From Lama glama (Eukaryota), in assembly GCA_028534125.1 (NCBI GenBank), contig CM052817.1:84384001-84448000 (forward strand): a stretch of DNA of 64,000 nucleotides, read 5' to 3'. The notes under the pieces are model-generated. The model searched no databases and was not told the origin of the DNA. It was given only the letters and a program-made list of their open reading frames with translations. The translations under genes and the position numbers were made by a program. Below, piece after piece: positions 13,775-26,400 of this stretch. Every line of letters begins with the position of its first letter. The first letter of the stretch is position 1.

Positions 13775-14957
13775 ATAAATCTCAGCAACGTTCTAAGGGC
13801 AGTCTATCCAGGCAATAGAAATAAAAGCAAAAATAAACAAATGGGACCTAATTAAACTTACAAGCTTTTGCATAGCAAACGAAACCATAAGCAAAGCAAA
13901 AGGACAACCTACAAAATGGGAGAAAATATTTGCAAAAGTTGAGACTGACAAGGGCTTAATTTCTAGAATATACAAACAGCTCATACAACTTAGTAAGAAA
14001 AAAAAAACCCAATTCAAAAACGAGCAGAAGACCTAAACAAGCAATTCTCCAATGAAGACATACAAATGGCCAAAGGCACATGAAAAAATGCTCAATATCA
14101 CTAATTATCAGAGAAATGCAAATCAAACTACAATGAGGTATCCTCTCACACCAGTCAGAATGGCCATCACAAAAGTCCACAAACGATAAATGCTAGAGAG
14201 GTTGTGGAGAAAAGGGAACCTTCCTGTACTATTGGTGGAATGTCGTTTCGTGCAGCCATTATGGAAAACAGTATGGAGATTCCTCAAAAAATTGAAAATA
14301 GACTTACCCTATGATCCAGCAATCCCACTACTGGGCATGTATCCAGAGGAAACTCTAATTTGAAAAGACATATGCACCCCAATGTTCACAGCAGCACTAT
14401 TTACAATAGCCAAGATGTGGAGACAATCTAAATGTCCATCGACAGATGACTGGATAAAGAAGCTGTGGTATATTTATACAATGGAATACTATTCAGCCAT
14501 AAAAAAGAATAAAATAACGCCATTTGCAGCAACATGGATGGAACTGGAGATTGTCATTCTAAGTGAAGTAAGCCAGAAAAAGAAAGGAAAATACCATATG
14601 ACATCACTTATATGTGGAATCTAAAAAAAAAGCCAAACAGACTTATTTACAAAACAGAAACAGACTCACAGACATGGAAAACAAATTTATGGTTACCAGG
14701 GGGGAAGAGGGTGAGAAGGGATAAATTGGGATTTAGAGAGTTGCAGATATTAATATATATAAAGTAGATAAACAAGTTTATACTGTATAGCACAGAAAAC
14801 TATATTCAATATCTTGTCATAACTTATGGTGAAAAAGAATATGAAAACAAATGTATGTATGCTCATATATGACTGAAGCATTATGCTGTAAACCAGAAAT
14901 TGACACAGTGTTGTAAACTGACTATACTTCAATAAAAAAAAAATATACACACACAAA
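13775..14957 (+). mobile_element. 5'-truncated lineage-specific L1 (ORF2 C-terminus, 3' UTR, A-tail) with TSD
   Basis: ORF 14382-14624 [11 protein letters not shown]...[20 protein letters not shown]...ILSEVSQ is the L1 ORF2p C-terminus; TSD aaaagag(t/c)gg(c)ttggtcac at 13757-13774 and 14958-14976. Confidence 0.92.
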
Positions 14958-15223
14958 AAAAGAGCGGCTTGGTCACTGAAATGTTTGTCATAAATTAAAG
15001 TGAGTTTATAGGTATCTGCTTTGTTTCTGGAAGTACTTGTATAAATCTGCAAACTGCAGTATTAGACACTTTAAATTGCAAGGTGCAATTCTGAACTTAA
15101 TAGAGTGAAGAGACAGAGAGCCAAGAAGCTAATAATCTTGCTGACCACTTTTAAAGGTGTACTAACACCCTGAATCAGAGCCAATTTGGATATTTTCTGG
15201 TAAGCTTACTAACACAATAAAGT

Positions 15224-15290
15224 ACAAACATTGTAAAATGACTATAACCCAATAAAAAATGTTAAACTTAAAAAAAAACTGAAAAAAGAG
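15224..15290 (+). mobile_element. Very short L1 3'-terminal insertion
   Basis: 'acattgtaaaatgactataacccaataaaaaatgttaaa' plus A-tail; same terminus as the 6937-7121 and 55495-55545 copies. Confidence 0.6.
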
Positions 15291-15847
15291 TATATTAAAT
15301 ATTAATGTGCGTCTATTCTTACAGAGTTAATCTATATAATTTAAATGATCTACATGTAATTTTTAATACAAAGATAATATTAAACTAAACTGCTTTATTC
15401 ATTACTTTTATTTCCTGAGAACTATGGAAAAGTCAAATATAATAGGATCCACAAAGAGGTGACACTGCCTTTCTCTTAAACTTGATGCAAAGTATCTGCC
15501 AAGTGACAAAAACTTTCTCTGAGTAGACTTACAGTTTCTAATTACCAAAGCAAACTGACTGATTAAAAGGCAGTGCTCGAAAGTGAGATGTTAAATCTTT
15601 ATGGGACATTCTCAGCATGGGCAGGCCCTCACTAAGCCAGACACAGTTACAAATTATGCTACATTTGTTTAGATGTTTTTAAGATTTCAGCCAGTACGAT
15701 ATACATTTTTTCACTGCTCATTTCAACACTGTGATACAAATAAATAAAATTTAGGCACTTCTGCCCCATTAGAATAATTGTCCCTATGTCCCTGGTTTTA
15801 GGACTCTACATTGTTAGTTGCTTTAAAATATAATTATTTTTAAATGC

Positions 15848-16258
15848 TGTCTTGACTCAGTTTTGAGGCCCTAGCTAGAGGCCCATCAGTATCCCTTCAT
15901 GAGCAGCCGATTAAATTCACACTCACAACCACTTCCCTTCTTGATCTCTGATACTCTGGGCCACTGTACACCTGCCTTAACCGTCCCAGGGCCAGATATC
16001 AGATACTCAGGGACAGTCCCTATGCTTCAGAGCCCACTGAAATCATTCAAATTAGCCACTCCTTCCAACACAAATCACTGTAAAGGCTCTTGTTGCCCAG
16101 CGACTGACTAGCCTGCTTCCCCAGTGGCCCTGGGTGATGTGCTGTGTTTGCCCCAGGGAAATGTGAGTTTAAGAAGTTGTAAAACCCTTTTCAGTGTCTG
16201 TCTCTTGATCTGCATCCAGGCTTACTATATCTCACTTAAGGCAATATGGTTAAAACAC
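15848..16258 (+). mobile_element. ERVL-type LTR (MER74/MER73/MER54-like)
   Basis: TGT...ACA ends; 'gggacagtccctatgcttcagagcccactgaaatcattcaaattagcca', 'taaaggctcttg'. Confidence 0.65.
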
Positions 16259-18772
16259 AAAGGTATACAACATATCCCTTTTAGTTAAGAAATAATACTA
16301 AGATCAACTGCTAATGTTATTAATTAGAAATAATGTATTGTGTAAGTGCAATATTGGTTCTAACGATCCTGATGCAAATTTCCAGGCCTGAGTGATTTAT
16401 TTTGTAGCTATAGTCCATTTCAACTTCCAGGATACTGTAACTGACTACAGATACCTGTAAACTCTGTATAAGACAAAAGTTATCTAAAGCCTATTTTTCA
16501 CGAAGATATATCAATTACTGTGCTAAATGAGGTGGGATATTTTAAAAGAGTGTATATTTGGATCCTGTAAAGGCACGCTAGGTTATTCAGATTATAATCA
16601 ACCCATTAAAAACCTCACAACACTTTAAAAGAATTAATGAGATGAAACTACAGCAAAAAGTCTCAAGACAATTATTGAACGAAAGCTTGTAATGAAAAAA
16701 ATAAGAATATTGGGGCACGAATGCTTCGGATGCCCTGGAAGGCATTTACAATACCCCACATCTAGGATCTGGGTCTGTTATCATTCAGAGAAAGGTGTGC
16801 GGTAGAGAGACCCTCTCTGACACCAACAGTGATCTGGGACCCCAAAAGGGTATCTCCTTCTCAGGGTAAAGGTGAACCATATCTGAATCCATGCCCCTCC
16901 CCTCAAAGTCACAGGATGACAAAGAAGTTACTTTGGGCATGAGCAAAGCAGGAAAAGAAGAGAAAAAAGAAACATTCCTGAGAAGTTGTGGCCATAGACT
17001 GGCCATCTTACAGATTTCCCTCAAAGAATCAATCAGTACTTAGGGTAAGACAGAAATTCTCCTTTGGTTGAGGTGCTGAGAACTGGTAGCGCTCTCAGGA
17101 ATCCAGAAGAAGCAAAGACAAAGCCTCTCTATGAAAGTCCCACTATAAAAAATTTCCAGGGTGACAATACTAACAAGCAGAGAGAGAAAGCAGACAACAT
17201 GCATAGAAACCAGCAGAAACAGGCCTGTCTGATGACAGATATTGGAATTATCAGATGCAGACTTTCAAGTAATGTTTACCACTTTAAAAGAAAAGCAAGA
17301 CAACTTGAAAATATCAGCAAGGGACAGGAGGCTTTAAAAATGTAAAACAACGGGCTTGAAAAAGAGCTCATTAGAACTTCTGAACATTAAAAAATACCTT
17401 AAGATTAAAAAAAATCAACAGGCATATTATTTTGTCATCTGGAACAAAATAACATGGTATTGCTATAGGCATTCCCTTGCAAATGTGAAAGAAATCAGCT
17501 TTAAGATAGTTGAGATCAAAAGGAAAAATAGAGAGTGAAAACTAACAGACACTGAAATCTTAGCTTTGTTAGCATTTTTAGTGCTGGTTGTATAAAATTA
17601 AAGGATAGGTGCACGGATTTGCTTAGTTCTTTCAAGAACGTATATGAAATAAATGTTAATAAATTAGAAAAATACCAATGGACATATATAGCAGCAGACT
17701 GCACATAAAAAAAGAGAACTTATGAAATATAAGATAGATTTGAAGTAACTGTCTGAATACACAGTGAAAGAAAAAGATGGAAATAAAGAAGGTGAGAGAC
17801 CCAGAATGCAATATAAAAGTCTAATATACCTTACAGCCGAGTCTCAGAAGGATGGGAGAGAGAGAATTGATTGAGCAAAGGAAATATTTATTTTGGTTTT
17901 AAATCAACCTTACTGAGGTATAATTATGGAAAATAAAATGTAGCTACTTTGAGTGTAGAGCTTGGTGAGGTTTGACAAATGCATACACCCACGTAACTAC
18001 AATCACAGTTAAGATACAGAATATGTCCATCACCTCAGCATGTTCCCTCATGACCCTCTGCAGTCATGGCTCTGCCCATAATCCCAGCTCTAGGCATACA
18101 CCAAGCTGTTTTGTCATTATAGATTAGAATTGTCTTTTCTAGAATTTCATGTAAATGGGATTATACAGTATGCACCCTTCTCCTTTGTCTAGCATTTATT
18201 TCATCTCATTTTTGAGATTTATCCACATTTGTTGCATGTATCAGTATTTTTTTTTTAATTGCTGAATGATTATCTATGCACCTGTAGATGGGCATTTGGG
18301 TTGTTTCTCATTTTGAGCTATTATAAATAAAGTACCTACAAAATTTGTACGATTTTTTTTTTAGTGAATATATATTTTCATTTCTTTTGGGCTAACACCA
18401 ATGAGTAAAAATGCATAGTCATATGGTAAGTACACATTTAACTTTGTAGTAAACTGCCAAACTGTTACTGTTGTTATTGAGTTATAAAACATTAAAAAAA
18501 ATAATCTGAATGTAAGTCCTTTGTCAGATATACTAATTGCAAATCTTTACTCGCAGTCTTTTCATTTTCTTAATGGTGACTTTAAGAGTAGAAGTTTTTA
18601 ATTAGATGTTGTCCAATTTATCATTTTTTTCTTGATTTGTTCTTCTTGTGTCTTATGCAAGAAATTTTTGCTTATTGCAGATTTGTTTCTTCTAGAAGTT
18701 TTATTGTTTTCCTTTTATGTTTAGACCATGATTAATTTTGAGTTATTTTTGTGTATGGTGTAATGTCATGGT

Positions 18773-19288
18773 GTAGTAGGTAGCCTCTGAAATGGCCCCT
18801 GATTTCCCTACCTCCTGGTATTCAAACCTCCATTCTCTAATGGCAAAATGTTAAAGTGATAGAACATTACTTTTAAGATTAGGTTAAAAAAGACCAGGAT
18901 TTTCTTTTTCTCCTACCTCCCTCTCTCTGTATGCCTGTCTCTATCAGCCCTCACTCTGAGGGAAGTAACCTATTATGTTCTGAGTTGATCCATAGAGAAG
19001 CCCCCAAGGCAAGGAACTGATGTGTCCTGCCAACAGCAGTGAAGACCTGAGGCCTGCCAACTATAGAGGGAGCTTGGAAGTGAATCCTCTCCTGGTGGAG
19101 CCCTGAGATCACTGCAGCTTCAGTCAGCACCTTGATTGCAAGTCCATTAGAAATCCTCACTCAGACGTATTCCAATGCAGACATGCCTAGATTCCCAACC
19201 CACAGAAACTATGAGATAATAAATGTCTCTTGCTCTAAGCCACTTAGTTTTGGAGCAAGTTGTTAGGTAAGAGTAGATAACTAATATA
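18773..19288 (+). mobile_element. ERVL-MaLR LTR (MLT1F-like)
   Basis: 'tgtagtaggtagcctctgaaatggcccc...cccacagaaactatgagataataaatgt...taagccacttagttttgg...gataactaata'. Confidence 0.8.
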
Positions 19289-22120
19289 AAGGGTTTTGAT
19301 CAAGTTTGGAAAAATTCTGGCCATTATTTCTTAAAATACCTCTATTCCCAACTCACTCCCACCCATCTTTACACTGCTTGATACTGTCTTTCAAATCATT
19401 TAGGCTCTCTGCTTATTATTATTATCATTATTATTACTTTACTTTTTTTCTATGCTTCCATTTTTGGATAGGTTTATTTTTTCCTTCTGTCCTTAAGTTC
19501 TCTGATCCTTTTGTCTGTAGTATATAATTTGCAGTTAATCCCATTCAGTAAAATTAAAAATTTCTGATATTATAATTTTCATCCCCAAGTTTCCATTTGG
19601 TTCCTTTCTGTAAATTCCATCTTCACGTGTTCCTTTGTTATCTTCACGTGTTCCTTTATATTACCGAACTTACTTATAATAGCTGATGTAAAGTTCTTGT
19701 CTACTAATTGCACCATTTCTGTTTTCTGGCCGTGTTTCTATGTACACACCCACAATTACAGATTAGTTGTTTATAAAGAAGAATGAAATTGACAAACCTG
19801 ATTTGTTTTCTTGGTTAGGAATAACATTTTTTTCTTGTCTAGTATTAAAAGTGTTGGATTTGTTCTGGCAGGCAATTAAATTACTTATGGACAAGCTTGA
19901 CTATTTTGAGGCTTGGTTTTAAGCCTTGTCAAGGTGAATTTAGAATATCTTTTATTCTGGACTGGTTTAGTTCTATTATCAAGGTGAAGTAGTCCTGGAA
20001 TCTTTACTGCATGCCCTGTGTGTTGAACAAGGACTCTCCACTTGTTGGTAGTTTGGGTGTAACTCTAATATTTCCCAGCCCTGTCTGAGCTCTTGGTGTT
20101 TTCTAGCTTACAGCTCCCCAGCCATTGTTTGCCTGGCCTCTTGGAGGAGTTTTGCTGTAATGAATCATCACTTGGATTTCAGAAACACATTCGAAGGGCC
20201 TACTATGAAGATTTCTGGGTTTCTTTCTCTGTGTAGCTCCATCTTTTCTGGTTCTCTGCCCTATGAATTTCAGTTACCTCAGGCATCAAACTCTGATCTC
20301 TGACTCCTCAACTGACAGCAATTACTGGGTAGTGGTTGGAAATCTCCCTTCTGCAGACCATGGTCAGAAGGCAGAAATCCAAGGTGATTCTAGATTTCAT
20401 CTTGTTTGTTTCCTGTCTCTCATGGATCAGAAAAACAATAGTTTCAAATACTCTGTCCAGTTTTCTAGTTGTTTCTGGTGGGCAGGTAAGTCTGGCACAA
20501 TTTTCTCCTTCATGGTAGGACTTAAGAGATTGCCAGAGGCCATATTTGAAGAGTGGACATCTGGTAATTTTCTAGAACCAAAGCCAAGCCACACTTTCAT
20601 AAGGCACAAAATAGAACAAAGAAAATCCATGCTTAGACACATCACAGTGAAACTATAGAAAAACAGAGTAGTAGAGCCACAGGAAAAGAGATAACTTTCA
20701 AGGGAATGACACGTAAGATGGACAGATGACTTCTCAACAGAAGAAACAACTGAGTCAAAGGATTGTGTTTCTAATTTTCTAGAAGAAAACAACAGACAAT
20801 TTGGAATTCTATACCCAGCAAGAATATCATTCAAATGTGCATATAAAATAAATATATTTTACAGACAAACAGAAGCATATTCTCAGTAAAGGAACTTCTG
20901 AAAGATCAAATTTAGGCTTTAGAAAAGTAGTCCCAGCTGGAATGTTTGAGACAGAAGAAGAAATGTAGAACAAAGAAGGTGGCAAATATTATGAGCTAAT
21001 GTAAATATACTGTAATTACATAAAACAACTAGTAAGATGAAACAAAAACATTACAAAGAAGACTTTAAAATCTGGCAACAATAATATATAAGCTGGGCAA
21101 GGGAAACAAATGGTATTAATATATTGTGAAGTTCTTTTATTATCGGCTTTTAACTTTGGACTTTCCTATGCTAAGTATATAGAGTGTAATTTCTAGGGTA
21201 ACTACCAAAAGAATATAAAGTATATAATCTTCAAATCTTAGGGTAAGAAGTGGAATGATGAAAAAATACTAAGTCAATAAAAAAGATAAGAAAGAAAAGG
21301 AAAAGAAAGATGACAGAAATAGAAAGTACTAAAATAAAACAATGAAAACAAATCTCAATATATTTTAGATTACACTGGATAGAAATGAACTAAATGGTCT
21401 AAAACAGAATATGTTGTTTCTAAGAGACATATTTATGGAAAATAGAAGTAATTAATAAAAATATAGCTAAAATGTTCCCATATATTTAGGAATTTAAAAA
21501 TGTACTTAGAACACACGGATTGAAAGAAAAAAGAAAAAATTTTAAATCTTTTAAAGTAAATAATTATGAAAATACTACACATATCAAAACTTGTGTGCTA
21601 AAGCTATGTCAGTATCCAGTGGAAAATTTATAACATTTAAGAATGTATGCATTAGGAAAAAAGAAAATGTGAAAATCTGTGAGACATGCTTCTATTTCAG
21701 GAAGTTAGAAAAGGAACAGCAACATGAAAGCAAAGAAAGTAGAAGGAAAGAGGTAATAAAGAGCAGAAGGTAATAAAATAGATAATACACATAAAACAGA
21801 TTTAAAAAAATTAAAGATTAGTTGTTTATAAAGAAGAATGAAATTGACAAAGCTCTGGTGAGAATGATAAAGAAAAAAGAGACAAGGTACAAATAATCAC
21901 CAATATCAGTAATGCAAAAGGGTTATCATTATAGATATTTCAGATACCAAACTGTAAGAAGATATTATGAACACATAGCCAAAAATTTTGAAAATTTAGA
22001 AGACATGGATATATTTCTAGAAAAATATAATTTACCAAAGCTGTTTCAAAGAAGAAATAGAAAACCTGAAGAGTTCTAAAACTGTGAAATTGGATCAACA
22101 ATCAAAAGTATTTCTACAGA

Positions 22121-22899
22121 GAATGTAAATTGGTACAATCACTATAGAAAACAGTATGGAGATTCCTTAAAAAACAAAAAAGAGAATTACCATATGATCC
22201 AGCAATCTCACTCCTGGGCATATATCCAGAGAAAACTCTAATTTGAAAAGATACATGCAACTCAATGTTTAAAGCAGCACTATTTACAATAGCCAAGACA
22301 TAGAAGCAACCTAAATTTCCATTAACAGACGACTAGATAAAGAAGATGTGGAATATATATACATTGGAATACTACTCAACCACAAAAAGAATAAAATAAT
22401 GCCATTTGCAGCAACATGGATGGACCTAGAGATCTACATATTAATTGAAGTCAGACAAAGACAAGTATCATATATCACTTATATGTGGAATCTTAAAAAA
22501 TGATACAAATAACCTTATTTACAAGACAGAAATGGACTCACAGACATAGAAAACAAATTTATGGTTACCAAAGGGGAAAGAGGGGAAGGGACAAATTTGG
22601 AGTTTGGGATTAGCAGATAAAACATATATATATGTGTTTACATATATGTTATATATGTTTATGTATATATACACATAAAACAGACAATGTCCTACTGTAT
22701 AGCACAGGGAACTATATTTGATATCTTGTGATAAACTATAATGGAAAAGAATCTGAAAAGTATATATATATATATATATATATATATCTATATATGTCTG
22801 CCTGCCTGCCTATCTATCTATCTACCTAACTGAATCACTATACTGTGCATCAGAGACTAATACAACATTGTAAATCAACTATACTTCAATTAAAAAAAA
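22121..22899 (+). mobile_element. Younger L1 3' end nested inside an older L1 ORF2
   Basis: Closely similar to 14240-14940; ends 'aactatacttcaattaaaaaaaa'; degenerate TSD aaa..att(t/c)c(t/c)acaga. Confidence 0.88.
22761..22826. repeat. (TA)n followed by (TGCC)/(TATC) microsatellite
   Basis: Seen directly in the sequence. Confidence 0.9.
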
Positions 22900-23383
22900 T
22901 TCCCACAGAAACCCCAAAACAATAGCAACAACAAAACTCTAAGTCAAGAGAGTTTCACTAAAAAGATCTAACATTCAAAGAACAAACATTTCTAATACAT
23001 AAAATTTATGAGAAAATAGAATTCATTTTTGAGGCTAGCATAACTTTGATACTACAGTTTAATGAGAGTTCAATAATGAAAAATTTCAGGTCAATCTCTC
23101 TAACGAACATAGATGAAAACATATTAAACAAAATACTTGCAGATTACATCCAGCAACATAAAAGGAGACTGAATTATAATTGTGTTGGTTTTATTACAGG
23201 AAAGCAAATTTGGTACACTAGCAAAATCAATCCATAAAATTTATCCATTAACAGATTAAAGAGGAAAAAAATCAAATGATTACCTCAAATAATATGGAGA
23301 AAGCTTTTATAAAATTCAATATTTGCAACAAAAACTCTCAGAAAAACAAGAAGGAACTTTATGAATCTGATAGAAGTTATCCC

Positions 23384-23386
<3 letters not shown>

Positions 23387-23428
<42 letters not shown>
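23387..23428. repeat. (AC)~21 microsatellite
   Basis: Seen directly in the sequence. Confidence 0.95.
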
Positions 23429-23434
<6 letters not shown>

Positions 23435-26400
23435 CACAAAGATGAAGACTGAAAGCTTCCCCTCTGAGACTGGGAAAAAGGATAAGGGTCCTTACTTGCT
23501 ATCACTCTGATTCTGCAATGTACTGGAGGTACAGCCAGAGCAATAGATAAGAGAGAGAAATAAAATATATGATGATTGGAAAGAGATAAAACTGTTAAAT
23601 CTTGCAGATGGTATTATGATACATAAACAAAATCCAAAACATGCATTAATCTCTTAATTTACATAGAAAACAAAATGTGAAGTTACAAACCAAAGTTGCA
23701 ATAATACCAGTTTTTAGACTAATACTTGCAGTAAAAAAATGTGTAAGTCTCGTCAATCATGTAAAAACAAAAGGTGGAGCTATATTTTCTTTTCTATAAA
23801 ATTTAAGAAACCAATGCATTAAAATATATTTGTTTATGTTTTTGGATATGATGTATAACGATGTGATTTTTGTGACATCAAACACCTGAAAGGGGTGGGG
23901 ATGGATGTATAAAGGATCAACATTTTTGTATGTAACTGAGGTTAAACTGGTATAAACCCAAAGTAGAGTGTTATAATTATGTTACATGTAATCCCCATGG
24001 TAACCACAAAGAAGACAGCTGGATAATGTACACAAAAAGAAATGAGAAAAGAACTTAAATGCTTCACTACAAAAAATCAACTAAACATAAAAGACAGTAG
24101 TGCAGAAAAGAAGGGACAAAAAAGCTATAAGGTACATAAAAAACGAAGAATAAAATGACAGGAGTCCTTCCCTAACAGCCTTAAAAGAGAAGAAGACTCA
24201 TGCACATGCTACAACATGAATGACCCTTGGCAATACTGTCCTGTGTGAAATAGGCCAGTCACAGGTGGATGGATACTGTGTGGTTCCACTTATACAAAGT
24301 ACTTAGAGTAGTCAAGGTCATGGAGACAGAAGGTGAAGTAGTAGTTAGCAGGGGCTGGGAGGAGAGGGTATTGGGGAATTGTTTAATGGGCAGTGTTTCA
24401 GTTTTTCAAGGTAGAAGGAGTTCTGAAGATGGATGAATGGTGATGGTTGTACAAGAATGTAAATTACTTAATACCAGTGAACTGTACACTTGAAATGGTT
24501 ATGATGGTAAATGTTACAGGTGTATCTCACCACAGTTTAAAAAAAAGTATTTAAAAAGTGGCATCAATCCAAATGCCCATCAACTGGTGAGAGTTCTTTA
24601 TCTCTCCTTCAATTCTAAATGATAATCTTGCTGGGTAGAGCATTATAGGCTGAAGGTTTTTTTTTTGTTTTTTTTTTTTTGTTTTTTTCCCCCCCTTTCA
24701 GCACTTTAGATATATCATGTCACTCCCTTCTGGTCTGAAAAGTTTCTGCAGAAAAATCAGCTGACAGCCTAAAGCAGGTTTCCTTACAAAATCATTTTCT
24801 TTTTATCTTGCTGCCTCTAGAATTCTCTCTTTAACTTTTGCCATTTTAATTCTATGTTTTGGTGTGGGTTTGTTCGGGTTCATCTTGTATGGGACCTTCT
24901 GTGCTTTTTGTAGCTGGAAATCTTTCCTTCAGGTTTAGGAAGTTTTCAGTCATAATTTCATCAGACACATTTTCAACTCCTTTCTCTCTCTTCTTCTGGA
25001 TAATGTTAATATTGGTATTCTTAATGTTGCCCTAGAGGTCACTTAAATTGTTCTCATTTTTTAAAAATTTGTTTTTCTTTTTGCTGTTCTAATTGGATTA
25101 TTTCCAGTATTCTATCTATTCTATCCGATCACTTATCTGTTCTTATATTTTTCATTTCATTTATTGCATTCTTTGGTTTCAACTGGTTCTTCTTAAAACT
25201 TTCTAGTTCCTTGTTAAAATTCTCATTGTATTCATCTATTCTTTTCACTAAGTCAGTTAATACTCTTATTACTAATGCTTTGAACTCTATCTGGTACATT
25301 ATTTTTGTTTCATTAGTTGTTTTTTTGGGTTTTTGCTTTGAAGTACATTCCTCTATCTTCTCATTTTGCTTAAGTTTCTGTCTTTATGAAAATGAAAGAG
25401 TTATCTATTTTAGTCCTGAAGGGGTGGCCTTGTGTGGGAGTAACCCTATACAGTCTGTGTGCACCCAGTGGATTTGGTGGGAGGGCTTTATCACTAGTAA
25501 CATCTTCCCTCAGGGTGTGCTGGCAGCTATCACATTGGTAGGAGGTGGGTCTGGAGATGCAGGGGCTAGAGCCAGAGCCAAGTGTGAACCAGGGCTTCTC
25601 CTCTGCTAGGCAGCCAACATTACCATTTAGAAGCAGGGACCTGCTACCAAGCTGCTGGAGCATAAGCCCTGGGGGTCACATCTGAGTTAGGTCCTCTTCC
25701 TCTAAGTGTATGCTCTACCTGCTCCCAGTACTGCCCCAGAGGGGAGCAGCACTGAAGCAAGAGAGGCCAGAGCGGGTGATCGGCATGGGTCATCATGAGG
25801 GCTGTGGCAGTCCCAGCACCAATCACAGCCCTGGACCACTCGATTTGTTCTCTCTTCAGACACCAGCAATAGCTGCCCTCACCCTGTTCTGATGCTGTTC
25901 TGTTCTACAGATTTTTATCATGAAAGGCTGTTGTATTTTGTCAAATGTTTTTTCTAATTTTCTGCATTTGATTAAGATGACCATATTTTACCTTTTATTC
26001 TATCAGTATGGTGTATAACATTTATTGATATGCATACCTGAATCATTCTTGCATCTGAGGGATAAATCCCACTTGATCATGGTACATGACCCTTTTATTT
26101 TGGAAGAGTTTGGATTGGCGCTAATTCTTTCTTACATGTTTTGTAGAAATAACCAGGAGAACCACCTGGTCCTCAGCTTTTCTCTGTTGGGAGGCTTTTG
26201 ATTACTGACTCAATCTCCTTACACATTATTGGTCTGTTCATATTTTCTATTTTTTCATGATTCAGATATGGTAAGGTGTATGTTTCTGGCAGTTTATCCA
26301 TTTCTTTTAGGTTATCCAATTTATTGGATACAGTTGTTCATAATAGTCTCTTATGATCTTATGTATTTCAATGGTATCTGCTGTAATGTTTCCTCTTTCA

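Noticed and set aside
14382..14624. 80-aa ORF (and similar ones at 34951, 45863, 27126, 28016, 52092)
   Set aside because: Fragments of decayed L1 ORF1p/ORF2p surrounded by stops and frameshifts; not host genes and not an active L1.
20263..25892. Overlapping 60-135 aa ORFs on both strands
   Set aside because: Chance or antisense frames within L1 5'UTR/ORF1 remnants.
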